A DNA stretch of 42,919 nucleotides from a virus (IMGVR_UViG_3300008085_000053:1-42919), one strand, 5' to 3'; shown: positions 25,948 through 35,414, counted from the first letter of the stretch. A program made the numbers and translations. The notes: generated from the letters alone by a model not told the origin.

Positions 25948-27462
25948 TCAACCAGCGCTCAATGCGCGCTTCCATTCTCTCAGTTTGTCGCGCAATCCCG
26001 TGCCTGAAACCCAGTCACCGGTTCGAACTTTACCCTCGGCTGAAGCGATGATGTCGTCGTGAACAGTTCCCGGCGTAGCGAGCGTGACGATGGAAACAGA
26101 GCGACCGCCCATGACGGTTCCTCGCTCGTTTGCTTGGTTTCTGATAATCGCGTCATAAGTGCTGGAATACCAGATGATAGTGTCACAGGGAAGCTCAAGT
26201 CCTCGGCCGCCAGCTTGCGGTTGGCCGACAAATCCAACAGTGGCAGGATCATTGTTGAAACGGTCGACATTGATAGCCCGGTCACCCTGGCTAACTCCTC
26301 CGTGGTATTCAACAATGGTATGCCCAAGTTGTCGGAGAGCGAGGCTAACTCTTCGTATATCCTCGCGGAACCGGCACCAGACAATGTATTTGGGGGTGTC
26401 ACTGACTTGTCTCCTTAGTTCCTGTAGCAGAGGTGGATCGTTATCGATAGACTGAACTTCCCCAAAGTCATCGATAGCGAAACCGGAAACGATTTGGTGG
26501 AACTTGATGGCTCGCTTGCCGCCTTCAAGGGCGTCAATCTCGGCTCCGTTCTCAAATTCAAGGAGGTATTTCTCGAGGAGTTCAAGGTATGCGTCTTTCT
26601 GAGGTTGGGACATCTCCACCACCACCTCAATCGGCAACAGGTCTGGCATATCATCGCAGTCCTCGCGTAGAACCACGGACGCATAATCGCCAATGTTCTC
26701 GCGCAGAGTTTCCAAGTTCCGATAATGGTCAAGAGCAGGATAATATCGGCCACTTTTCGTCCTCTGCTGTTTCCAGACAGAGTGGTATTCCTTGAACTCG
26801 CCAAACGTTCTGAAGCCAAGTGCTCCGGGCTCTAGTAGCTCGAACTGGCTGAACGCGTGCAAGGGGCTGTTCATGAGAGCCGTGCCGTCCAGTATGCGTC
26901 TGAATGGAAGCTTTTTGAAATAGGCCCTTGCAACTTTGGTGCGCTTGGAGCCTGGTGTGCGGAAGTCAACGCTTTCGTCCGCAACCGTTATGACGTCGCC
27001 CTGAAGGCTGTCAAGAAAAGCATTGATGGCTTTCTTCACCTGAGGCATGATGATGCTCTCAGAGTTGACTGTGAACCAGCGCATGTCAGCGCTGGAGTTA
27101 AGCAGTGAATTGAACCGCTCCGACCAGAGACGAGGATTTTCCCGCGCAAAGTTAGAGGACCAATACTCAGCGTCCCAAGTCATGCCCGGCCAGGTGTGAA
27201 AGGGTATCTGCTTTAAGACCCAGTTCATGTGCACGCCATTTGGCGCCACGATCAGACCACCTTTGATTTGGTTGCCTGAGCGCAGCGCACTAGCACTGTC
27301 AATGATAACGCGGCTCTTACCGGTCCGCATTCCCCACAGTAGGCCTCGTGCTTTCTTGGTTCCGTGGCTTTCAAGCTCTTCAGCCTGATGCTCCCAACGC
27401 GGTTTGCTCGGGTCAACAAGTGGCCAATTAGCCACGCCAGATTTGAGGTAGGTTACCGTCAT
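25948..27462 (-). CDS. SNF2-like superfamily 2 DNA helicase
   Basis: GMRTGKS; VADES; LDGTA; IVWCRF; AGGRGLEL; QANERG. Confidence 0.9.
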   Translation of the reverse strand: MTVTYLKSGVANWPLVDPSKPRWEHQAEELESHGTKKARGLLWGMRTGKSRVIIDSASALRSGNQIKGGLIVAPNGVHMNWVLKQIPFHTWPGMTWDAEYWSSNFARENPRLWSERFNSLLNSSADMRWFTVNSESIIMPQVKKAINAFLDSLQGDVITVADESVDFRTPGSKRTKVARAYFKKLPFRRILDGTALMNSPLHAFSQFELLEPGALGFRTFGEFKEYHSVWKQQRTKSGRYYPALDHYRNLETLRENIGDYASVVLREDCDDMPDLLPIEVVVEMSQPQKDAYLELLEKYLLEFENGAEIDALEGGKRAIKFHQIVSGFAIDDFGEVQSIDNDPPLLQELRRQVSDTPKYIVWCRFREDIRRVSLALRQLGHTIVEYHGGVSQGDRAINVDRFNNDPATVGFVGQPQAGGRGLELPCDTIIWYSSTYDAIIRNQANERGTVMGGRSVSIVTLATPGTVHDDIIASAEGKVRTGDWVSGTGLRDKLREWKRALSAG

Positions 27463-27941
27463 TTTCTATAGGCCTCAGCATAGGGTTGCAGTTCCCGCTT
27501 TTTGGCATTGCGGGCTTTTAGAGCCTGGCCAAAACATGAGAACACCCCTAAGTAGACCAATTTGCCTTTATGCGTTAGCTGAGCGGACCATTTATTTGAA
27601 CGCCTATAAACTTGACCTACTTTGGAATTATGGTTATTTTGGCCTCGTGTTGCCTCACGCAGATTTTCAAACTTGTTATTAGATTTATCCCGGTCTTTGT
27701 GGTCTATAGTTTCCAAAGGCCAGGTTCCAGTTTCTAAATACCAAGCTAAGTGGTGCTCATAATAAGCCGTCCCTTCAAAAGTAACTACTCTATAGCCCGC
27801 CATAGTCACCGCGCCGGCGCGCCGGCCTTTTTGAGCAGGCCCAGCTTTGCGCGCCCAAATAAGCCAGCCTGTTTTGGCATTATAGTCTAGCTTGGCTTGT
27901 AGTCGTTCTAAGCTAGGTGGCGTTTCACGTATACTTGACAT
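27459..27941 (-). mobile_element. Free-standing HNH homing endonuclease with AP2-like C-terminus
   Basis: LDYNAKTG; HHLAW; IDHKDRDKSNNKFENLREAT; W.AQL...GK.VYLG.F; visibly AT-richer than flanks. Confidence 0.88.
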
Positions 27942-27944
27942 ACC

Positions 27945-30218
27945 CTACTTCCGATACCTAAAGCCCATCCAGCCTTCAGCGTCGACAGGACAACCTTCAG
28001 CCCAAACTGGCAGTTCTTCCATCAGCTTCTCAAACTCTTTAACAGAGCCGGGATGGATTTTGTTGTCGTCAATTTCAGCAATCTCTTCATCGTGCACTGA
28101 TAGGAGAAGGTCATAATCAGGATGCTGGTCGACGCGGAGCATTGCTTCTGCCATCAAGTCCCGAGCAGTTGCCTGCGTGGCGTTTTCAACAAGCTCTCCG
28201 CCGTAGGTCTCTTTGCGTTCCCACTGACGTGTCGTGGAGTTCTCGTGCATGAAGGTAAGCGCCTCGCTGGTGAAGACATTTGGCTTACCGTTAGGAACCA
28301 ACTTCTTATTGGCAATCTTAGCCAAGCGCAGCGCTTTCTTGCGGCTTTGGCTTTCAGTCATGCCTGCAGGTCCGTTGACAGTTACCGAACATTCATGGCC
28401 ACGCTCGTTGATCGCCGGAAACAGCATAGACGTCCGCACTTTAATCAGCGGACGGAAATAGGACAGCAGACGACCAGAAGGCAATTCCATATGCAGGAAC
28501 TGGCCCCACATAAACCAGGTGAGCTTGCGGCACTCTACCCGGGGGCCCTTTGCGCCTTTCTTTGGGTCATACTTCTTGACGGCTAGGATTGCTGCCTCTT
28601 CAAGATCATACCAGAAGGACGAGACTTCGGGGAACCGTTCTTTGCGATAGACGCGGACAACCTCTTTGAAGAACTTGGGCTCCTGGTCTGTGATCCCGTT
28701 CTTGTTGCGGCACTCGTCTTCAAACTTCTCCCAGCCCATCTGATAGCCTAGGCCAAGAATAGCAGCCTTGCCAACTTTGCGCTCAAATGGAAAGTCATCT
28801 TTATTGGTGCAGGGGTATGCGAAGATAGAAGTAGCCATGTCCAAATAGATGTCTTCTCCGCGATAGAACACTTGCAGGGCTTCAATCGCATTGGCCAGCC
28901 ATAAGAGCACACGAGCCTCGATAGCGGCAAAGTCTGCCACCATCAGCTTCTTGCCTTCCGAAGCGATCAGAGCGCCACGTGTGGCTTTGGACAAGATTTC
29001 CAACACTGATCCGCCATAGAGCATGACCAGCATCTCAGGATCAGCGCAGAGAATGTCATTGCAGACTTCCTCCATAATCTCTGAATACCCACGGATGAAG
29101 TTGTGAGGCTGAGTGCCTTTGCCTGACCAGCGACCTGTGCGTGACGCTCCGCAATAGAGCATCATGTCTCTGAGGCGATTGCCTTCAGAGAGCTGGATAA
29201 GCATCTGCTTGTATTTGGCAAGAGACGATCGGTTGCCGTCCCTGAATATCTCAGCGGCTCGGCGGGTCTTGTCATTCAGGACAATACCCTGCAACTCAGC
29301 CTTCAGTTCTTTTGCCGCTTCTTCGTCTTCAGGGTCGTGGCCGAGTAGAATGTCCAGCACTGCGCCCTGGGTATTTGGAATTGGAGACCCGTTGTCTTCC
29401 ATCCACTGCTTGAACTTGATGCGCCCCGTGACTTTGGGCACATAGCCATCAGTCAGGTCCTGCAGTTCGGTGTTCAGTCTGTTAGCCTCGACTTCAGCCA
29501 ATTCAATGGCAATGTGCACCATCTCTATATCGCATGTGATCCCTCTCAGGTTCATGCGAAGGTCCATCTGCCAGAACTCAAATTCACGAGGCGTCAAGTC
29601 ACGCAGGACTGAGGACAACCCGTGCTCTGCTCGAACGTCTTGCTGGCAGTAAACCGTGTTGCGGAGAATGTCGGCACGGTTCTCATGCCAGAAGATCATG
29701 TTGTCTGGGTTCTTGCCCTCGGCTTTAAGCTCCTTCTTCTCAGCAGCCGTAGGCTTGCGAGGCTTAGCCAGCTTCTTCATGATAGCCGAGCCTTCCATGT
29801 CCTTCTTTTGAGGCAGACCTAAGGCAGAGATGGCTTTGTCGAGTGCACGAGGCAAGGCGAATGCTGCCGCTTTGGCTGCAGAGCATCTGATCTGACCGAG
29901 CTTTAGCTTAGGAAGCTGGGGATACACTTTGCGCCAGACGTTGTTCCAAATGCACCATTCAAAGAAGGCGTTGTGGGCTTCAATGATTTCGCCTGCTTCA
30001 ACACGATCAGCCAGCTCTTGAGGATATTCTGACTGGTCGATACCGAGATGAGGAAAGCCCGCTTGCCACGCATAGACTTTCTCAATAGGATCGCCACGGA
30101 AGTGCCAGCAGGCACACATGACTTCAGTCGAAGGATGCGTGGAGTAGGCGTAAGCACCAGCTTTAAGCAGGTCGCAGGCGGACCGCGTTTCAAAGTCCAG
30201 TGTGACGTCTATTGCCAT
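27945..30218 (-). CDS. DNA polymerase family A with 3'-5' exonuclease domain, no 5'-3' exonuclease
   Basis: LDFETRS; TGRWSG; ADFAAIEARVL; ERKVGKAAILGLGY; ENATQATARD; SVHDE; GGAGG RBS before MAID. Confidence 0.95.
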   Translation of the reverse strand: MAIDVTLDFETRSACDLLKAGAYAYSTHPSTEVMCACWHFRGDPIEKVYAWQAGFPHLGIDQSEYPQELADRVEAGEIIEAHNAFFEWCIWNNVWRKVYPQLPKLKLGQIRCSAAKAAAFALPRALDKAISALGLPQKKDMEGSAIMKKLAKPRKPTAAEKKELKAEGKNPDNMIFWHENRADILRNTVYCQQDVRAEHGLSSVLRDLTPREFEFWQMDLRMNLRGITCDIEMVHIAIELAEVEANRLNTELQDLTDGYVPKVTGRIKFKQWMEDNGSPIPNTQGAVLDILLGHDPEDEEAAKELKAELQGIVLNDKTRRAAEIFRDGNRSSLAKYKQMLIQLSEGNRLRDMMLYCGASRTGRWSGKGTQPHNFIRGYSEIMEEVCNDILCADPEMLVMLYGGSVLEILSKATRGALIASEGKKLMVADFAAIEARVLLWLANAIEALQVFYRGEDIYLDMATSIFAYPCTNKDDFPFERKVGKAAILGLGYQMGWEKFEDECRNKNGITDQEPKFFKEVVRVYRKERFPEVSSFWYDLEEAAILAVKKYDPKKGAKGPRVECRKLTWFMWGQFLHMELPSGRLLSYFRPLIKVRTSMLFPAINERGHECSVTVNGPAGMTESQSRKKALRLAKIANKKLVPNGKPNVFTSEALTFMHENSTTRQWERKETYGGELVENATQATARDLMAEAMLRVDQHPDYDLLLSVHDEEIAEIDDNKIHPGSVKEFEKLMEELPVWAEGCPVDAEGWMGFRYRK

Positions 30219-30231
30219 GTGCCCTCCACAG

Positions 30232-30272
30232 AAAAAGCGGGGCCAGGTGCACCACGTCAAACACCTGACCCC
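30232..30272 (-). terminator. Intrinsic terminator immediately upstream of the polymerase RBS
   Basis: Minus strand GGGGTCAGGTG-12 nt-CACCTGGCCCC-GC-TTTTT. Confidence 0.7.
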
Positions 30273-30468
30273 AGAGCGCTATAGTCCAACGGGGGAGAAA
30301 ACCCAGCGCGCTCTTTGATGATCCGCCGACGGAGCCAGACGCCATGAACCTCATGGCGGCCCTTCCCACAGACTTTCAACTTTTTAGAACCGTGGTTCTG
30401 CAAAAGTAGCCTGCTTACTTGACCCGGGCGCGTATGGAGGCTGAGCCCGGCAGATCATCAAAGAACGT
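30232..30468 (-). ncRNA. Candidate structured ncRNA or attenuator leader (about 235 nt)
   Basis: Own promoter and terminator; 20-bp closing stem 30448-30467/30309-30328 enclosing three hairpins; no RBS-led ORF. Confidence 0.65.
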
Positions 30469-30474
30469 ATAAAT

Positions 30475-30505
30475 AGAATATCACTCAGCGTGCTAAATGA
30501 AAACC
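30475..30505 (-). promoter_or_regulatory. Sigma70-type promoter, extended -10
   Basis: GG-TTTTCA N17 (ending TGA) TATTCT. Confidence 0.75.
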
Positions 30506-30514
30506 TATAAAGTC

Positions 30515-30548
30515 AAAGACCCGCAACTTGTGCTGCGGGCCTTCTTTT
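30515..30548. terminator. Intrinsic terminator after ssb (possibly bidirectional)
   Basis: AAAGACCCGCAAC-TTGT-GCTGCGGGCC-TTCTTTT. Confidence 0.7.
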
Positions 30549-30601
30549 GCAGGATTTTAGTTCTGCATACACCCAAGGCGGGTTTGGAGGGGCTCCTCAG
30601 G

Positions 30602-31183
30602 TTATGCCGTCGGATCGTCCTCAGGTGCGATGTCAGTGCCCTGCCATACATCATCCGCATCATCGCCGAAATCTTCCTCAGCCGCAACGCGACCGGTGAA
30701 GTTCTCATCGTCACCCAGCTTCTGCAGATTGTGCAGGCCGAATGCGACGCCCTTGCCGACGTTGTCGTAAGGGTAAGCGGTGATGGTTGCACGCGCCCAG
30801 CAGCCGGGGTAGAACTCTTCCTCGGTGAGGATAGGCTGCTTGTTCCGGTCGACGAGACCGGGACGCTGCTTGGACGATGCCGTCCCGAACATCATGCCTT
30901 CGCCGTAGCCATCGATATGCGCCTTTTCCGCGCCATCGCGCAAGGGCTTCTTGAAATTGCCGGGCAGGTCCTTGATGAGCTTCTTGAACTTGTCCTTCGA
31001 TGCCGCGTCGGCGATGGCCTGCATGGTCTTCCAGGCCTTCTTGTCGGCGTCGGTGAACTTCTCGGGGTAGAAGAGCATCACCACAGAATACTTCGGATCA
31101 CCGCCCTGATAGGACGAAGCTTCGAAAACTGCGGGGAAACTCACACGGAAAGGCGGTGTGACGCACTTCAATCGTTCAGCCAT
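30602..31183 (-). CDS. ssDNA-binding protein, DUF2815 family
   Basis: FRVSFPAVFE; PKYS; PLRDG; FYPGCWARA; GVAFGLHNLQKL.D; acidic tail; AAGGAG RBS before MAERL. Confidence 0.9.
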   Translation of the reverse strand: MAERLKCVTPPFRVSFPAVFEASSYQGGDPKYSVVMLFYPEKFTDADKKAWKTMQAIADAASKDKFKKLIKDLPGNFKKPLRDGAEKAHIDGYGEGMMFGTASSKQRPGLVDRNKQPILTEEEFYPGCWARATITAYPYDNVGKGVAFGLHNLQKLGDDENFTGRVAAEEDFGDDADDVWQGTDIAPEDDPTA

Positions 31184-31296
31184 CTTTGTCTCCTTGACTT
31201 CTGAATATCCCAAAACCTGATGGGATGGCTGTTATGTAACGGCGCAGGATGCGCCGCTCGATTACATTACCCCGAACGAACTCGGCAGGGAAATGT

Positions 31297-31500
31297 TTAT
31301 TTGCTTGGCGGGCGCCGGTAAAGGTCAGCCACTGTTTTGTCGAGTGCCGCTGCTTGAAGATAGGCTTCGCCGACCAGCAGAGCAACGGCTCTCATCTTCA
31401 GAGGGTCCTGATCGGGACACGTTTCACTGACTTTTGCCTGCACTATCTTGGCCAGTGAAAGCAGCTCGGCTGGATCGCTGTCAGAACTTGGCATTGGCAA
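31297..31500 (-). CDS. Hypothetical protein
   Basis: Fills operon gap; start uncertain. Confidence 0.5.
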   Translation of the reverse strand: MPMPSSDSDPAELLSLAKIVQAKVSETCPDQDPLKMRAVALLVGEAYLQAAALDKTVADLYRRPPSK

Positions 31501-31813
31501 TCCGATGCTGGCGCAGAATGTCCACGACTTCCGCCAAGGGATAACCCAAGAACTCGTTGCGATCCAGCTCCTGCATCACATCGTGCCCGGGCTGGGCATG
31601 ATTGAGATAGAAAGCTTCCAGCAGAGGCAACCGCCGCAGACGACGAGCCAGTGTGGAAGTTTTCTCAAGGCTTGGATAGCAGTTGCAAACATCAAAGCCA
31701 CCCATCTCAGGAGCAGGCAGCAGGACGATTGTCGGCTTGTCTGAGCCGCTGAAAGGCCTGGCGTCATGGTCCCGAGCAAGCTGCCGGAAGTCAATTCCTG
31801 TTGTTTGTGCCAT
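31481..31813 (-). CDS. Hypothetical protein
   Basis: AAGGAG RBS, abuts upstream stop. Confidence 0.65.
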   Translation of the reverse strand: MAQTTGIDFRQLARDHDARPFSGSDKPTIVLLPAPEMGGFDVCNCYPSLEKTSTLARRLRRLPLLEAFYLNHAQPGHDVMQELDRNEFLGYPLAEVVDILRQHRIANAKF

Positions 31814-32125
31814 TTAGTTCTCCTTGTGGCTTTCAGCCCACCGAATGAGAAACAAATGGTCTCCCATAACGGTGTCTGGTATTGGAACGGTTCGAACGTG
31901 CTTGCACTGGATTGAGGTCAGCAGATTTTTGGTGCTGGCATTACAAGCCGCCAAGCTGTCTTCTTTGAACAAGTGCCAATAATCTGAGCACGGGGTTTTA
32001 ACCAGCACTACGTTATAGCCCCAAGGCATTAGCCTCCCACGACAATGCGTAGTTGAATTGCGGAAGCCCTCTAGATACATGGGCTTCCGCTCTTCAGTAA
32101 ACATGACAACACGGCTTGTCGACAT
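31814..32125 (-). CDS. Hypothetical protein
   Basis: Tiles between neighbours. Confidence 0.6.
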   Translation of the reverse strand: MSTSRVVMFTEERKPMYLEGFRNSTTHCRGRLMPWGYNVVLVKTPCSDYWHLFKEDSLAACNASTKNLLTSIQCKHVRTVPIPDTVMGDHLFLIRWAESHKEN

Positions 32126-32128
32126 GGC

Positions 32129-33484
32129 TTAGTCTTCGTCCGAAAGGTCGTCAGGGAAGTCCGACGCTCCGGCCTGAGCGACTTCGACGGCCGGTCTCGG
32201 GTCATCTTCACGAGCGACTGTCAGGCCGCCCTCAGGTTTGTAGGCCATTTCACCCACGAGCTTCTTGACCTCTTTGCCAAGCTTTTCGAACTGTGCGGGG
32301 GACTTCAGCTTTCCAGGCTGATAGCACTTCTCGCTTCCCAAGCCAAGCTCGCTTTCCATGATGGCCAGCACGTCACCTTCAGACATGTTGGCCCAGTAGT
32401 TGTCCTCGGTGTCCGTCAGTTCATCCAGCTCTTCGACATACACCCCGAACGTTCTGTTGGCGCGCTTGCGAACAAGTTTGTAGCCTTCGACGGGTCTGCC
32501 GGCCAGAAGCTCCCGCTGGATTGCTCCGTCAACGGCCTTCACATAGTTGTCAAAGACCCCAAGCCATTTGGCAGCGTGGGCAAGACGGCCGTTGTTGGTC
32601 GGAATGGGGATGCCCACTTCAGGCGGTTCATCGCTGAAGTCCATCTGAGCTTCTTCCTGCATGGCATCGATGAGCGCCTGGCATTCGTAGAACTCGCCAT
32701 TCTCGTCGACGTATGCCTTTGCATCACAGAAGGTGCACCAATCGCCGGCACACAGGGTCGCGTTCTTCTGCTGAGTGGCTTCAGCAGCGACGCGGACCTC
32801 TTCAGCAAAGTCCATCAGTTCTTCACGGGTATACTCGATGGAGCGAATGGGTCCGTCTTCATGCTCTTTGCGGGGCTGCACGATCGTCATGCGAACGCCC
32901 TCGCAATCAGGGAACATATGCAGAACGCCAACGCCGTAGAGCTTTAGCTGGGTGTTGTCACGAACCTCGACAAGAACGCCCCGCCCATGCTTATAGTCGA
33001 CCAGTTCAGCCCACCCGAAAGCTTCCACACCGATATAGTCACCAGTGCCGCCGAGCAACGGGTGAAGCCAGGTGAGGTCCAGCCACTTTTCAGAGTGCTC
33101 TTCACGGCCTCGCGGGTCAAGACGAGCGCGGGCCGTTTCAACAGCGGCGACGAAATACTCCACCGCATCTACCATATCCTGGTCTACCTCGAACTCGGCT
33201 TCAATGCCGGGCAATTCGCCATCGTCATATTGAGCCTGAGCTTTGGTGAGGTCGCCAGCCAGATAGGCGTCGTCGTTCCAGATATAGATAGTCTCGCCCA
33301 AGAACTCTTCGGGAGCGATGCCCTCGCCGGCATAGAGTTCACAGAGCAGGTGCGCGGCTGTGCCTTCCATGGCAAAGATCGAAGACCCACGTGGGTTCGG
33401 ATTGCGTGCTTCTGCCATAACAGAGCCGGGGCAGTTCATCCATTGCTTTGACCCTGAGGCGGAGAGTTTTGCGTGATAAGCCAT
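32129..33484 (-). CDS. DUF2800 family Cas4-like PD-(D/E)xK exonuclease
   Basis: HAKLSASGS.QW..CPGS; EGTAAH; GGTGD; VDYKHGRG; NTQLKLY; IVQPR; GDWCTFC..K. Confidence 0.9.
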   Translation of the reverse strand: MAYHAKLSASGSKQWMNCPGSVMAEARNPNPRGSSIFAMEGTAAHLLCELYAGEGIAPEEFLGETIYIWNDDAYLAGDLTKAQAQYDDGELPGIEAEFEVDQDMVDAVEYFVAAVETARARLDPRGREEHSEKWLDLTWLHPLLGGTGDYIGVEAFGWAELVDYKHGRGVLVEVRDNTQLKLYGVGVLHMFPDCEGVRMTIVQPRKEHEDGPIRSIEYTREELMDFAEEVRVAAEATQQKNATLCAGDWCTFCDAKAYVDENGEFYECQALIDAMQEEAQMDFSDEPPEVGIPIPTNNGRLAHAAKWLGVFDNYVKAVDGAIQRELLAGRPVEGYKLVRKRANRTFGVYVEELDELTDTEDNYWANMSEGDVLAIMESELGLGSEKCYQPGKLKSPAQFEKLGKEVKKLVGEMAYKPEGGLTVAREDDPRPAVEVAQAGASDFPDDLSDED

Positions 33485-33807
33485 CAGTCCTCCAAAGCTG
33501 CAGCAAGCAGACTTTTCAAATTTTCGTAAACATATAGCCGGGACTCTGTGTCCATATCTGCCATACCTTGCTTGGCTTGTTCGAGCAGCTTGTCCAGCTC
33601 AAGCGACATAGCCGGGTCCAGCGACACCTTCTTGTCCTTGCTTTCCAGCAAGATGCGAACCTTGCCAAAGCCTTCGATCTGCTCGCCGGCGTGCCAGTAT
33701 TGAATACGCCCGGTCTCCATGTCGATGAAGGTGGCGTTGACAGGTTCACCGTTGAGTTCCACAGCATGGATATACTGCGTCATGGGATGACTGGGAAGAA
33801 TTTGCAT
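33484..33807 (-). CDS. Hypothetical protein
   Basis: AAGGAG RBS, coupled on both sides. Confidence 0.7.
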   Translation of the reverse strand: MQILPSHPMTQYIHAVELNGEPVNATFIDMETGRIQYWHAGEQIEGFGKVRILLESKDKKVSLDPAMSLELDKLLEQAKQGMADMDTESRLYVYENLKSLLAAALED

Positions 33808-34058
33808 TATTCGGGGTCTCCTTCAGGGATTTGAGCGTCGAGGTGGCAGTGCTGGAGCAGCGTAGGGAAACGGGTGACGCTGATACCTTGTCCCGCTTTC
33901 AGCACACCGGCTTCAACCAGGAGAGCATGTGCCTCAATGCAGAGGTCTCCATACCATTTCCAGTCGCCGGTTTTCCGCGCTTCAGCCATGTTCTCCGCGG
34001 CTTCGGAATAGATGGTATCCGAAAGCGGAACTGGCTTGATTTCGAACAGGCCTTCCAT
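33807..34058 (-). CDS. Hypothetical protein
   Basis: AAAGGA RBS, TAATG coupling to next gene. Confidence 0.65.
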   Translation of the reverse strand: MEGLFEIKPVPLSDTIYSEAAENMAEARKTGDWKWYGDLCIEAHALLVEAGVLKAGQGISVTRFPTLLQHCHLDAQIPEGDPE

Positions 34059-34060
34059 GC

Positions 34061-34537
34061 TTAGTCCTTTCTCTTCGCTGAAGGGTGAAGCTTAGCCTTC
34101 GCTTTGTTTCTAGCTTCAAGTGCTTCTGACTTTGAAGAGTAGCTTCCAATATGCTTATTATGTCCGTTTACTTTGAAGTAAACAACCCATTTTTGAGCTG
34201 ATTTGCTCCAGCATATATTTTTAGAATTTTTGCGATTATGCTGGTTTTCAGAAAGAGTTACTTCCCGAAGGTTTTCCCAAGCGTTATTATCTGGGTTGCC
34301 GTCTATATGATCTAGAGGCCCGGCCGGAAAAACTCCTGTTTGCATAGCAAAGGCAATACGATGTGCTAAAACGTTTTTACCCTTCAGCTTAATCACTCTA
34401 TAACCATTTTGAAGGCCCCCAGCTCGCTTACCCCAAAAACGCCTACGAGTTAACTTGGAGCACTTCCAAGTAAAGTGCCCCGTTATCGGATCGTATATTA
34501 ACCTCTCGTTGAGAAGCTCTATTGGCAGCTCAATCAT
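34061..34537 (-). mobile_element. Free-standing HNH homing endonuclease with AP2-like C-terminus
   Basis: YDPITG.FTW; AHRIAF; LDHIDGNPDNNAWENLREVT..EN..N; HIGSY; AT-rich. Confidence 0.88.
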
Positions 34538-35414
34538 GTCTTAGACCGAGGTATACCGGGAAGCGCGGCTTGTCCTTTGCTCCGCTCGGTTGGTGTTTGA
34601 ATTTGACGCTCTGTCCGATCAATGTATCGCGGTTTTGCCATAGTGTAAGCCTTTCATCAGCCGTAAAACCTGTGCCAATCCCGAATGTATCTTGCCAGTC
34701 GGGATGAGACACTATTAACGCCCCAAGCGTATTGCCAGGAACTTGACCGGCCAATGCAGTGGACCGCTCCATATAACCAAGCAGGTTGGTTTCCGCCTCG
34801 TTTTCATTATGCATCAACTCCTCAAAGCCAACAATAGCGCCCTCGGTATCTTCGAACCGCTTCACCTTGCCGAGAAGTTGCTGGTTTGCCGTCGATCGGC
34901 CGAACTTATAGGAACCCGACATTGAGCGGGTCATGATACCTTCGTACCCCATCGCAACGTAATGCGCTTCAAGCTCCATAAGCTCGGCTGCGCTATCTAC
35001 GCGAGTGTGCGGAACTACCCGGGCCCATGGCCAGCGCTCTTTGTTGGCGAGATTGTCTTTGACGATCTTCAGCCGTTCCTCAAATGGGAAGTGCACTTCA
35101 CTGGGATCAACCCAGTCAAACACCCAGTAGGTGAAAGCAGGATCGCCACCATGCGACATAATGCCACTGGTGGATTTGTTGAACGCTGACGGGTCGGTGG
35201 GATCGCCGACCAGCAGTTCGCCGTCAAACGGTGGATAGAACGAAAGCTCGCCCTGAATGAACCGGTTCGGTATTGGCTTGAGTGTCCGAGAGACTGGTTG
35301 GTCGTTGTGGATCACACAGCGAATGCCATCCAGCTTCGGCGAAGCCAGTTGCGGAAACGTCAACGCTTCCGCATCTTTGACAGTGTAGGCCAATAGGGGC
35401 TTGAAACTACTCAT
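34530..35414 (-). CDS. ATP-dependent DNA ligase
   Basis: SPKLDGIRC; FDGEL; VFD; GYEGIM; YKFGRST; KVKRFED; IGTGFT; PRFPVYLGLR. Confidence 0.92.
   Translation of the reverse strand: MSSFKPLLAYTVKDAEALTFPQLASPKLDGIRCVIHNDQPVSRTLKPIPNRFIQGELSFYPPFDGELLVGDPTDPSAFNKSTSGIMSHGGDPAFTYWVFDWVDPSEVHFPFEERLKIVKDNLANKERWPWARVVPHTRVDSAAELMELEAHYVAMGYEGIMTRSMSGSYKFGRSTANQQLLGKVKRFEDTEGAIVGFEELMHNENEAETNLLGYMERSTALAGQVPGNTLGALIVSHPDWQDTFGIGTGFTADERLTLWQNRDTLIGQSVKFKHQPSGAKDKPRFPVYLGLRHD

Noticed and set aside
30232-30468. Cobalamin riboswitch or true retron
   Set aside because: Only GGGAAG matches, with no GCCACUG or other B12-box core; no reverse transcriptase is present in the window
32129-33484. CRISPR-Cas system suggested by the Cas4-like nuclease
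   Set aside because: Stand-alone DUF2800 near SSB and polymerase is a standard phage replication module; no repeat-spacer array was seen
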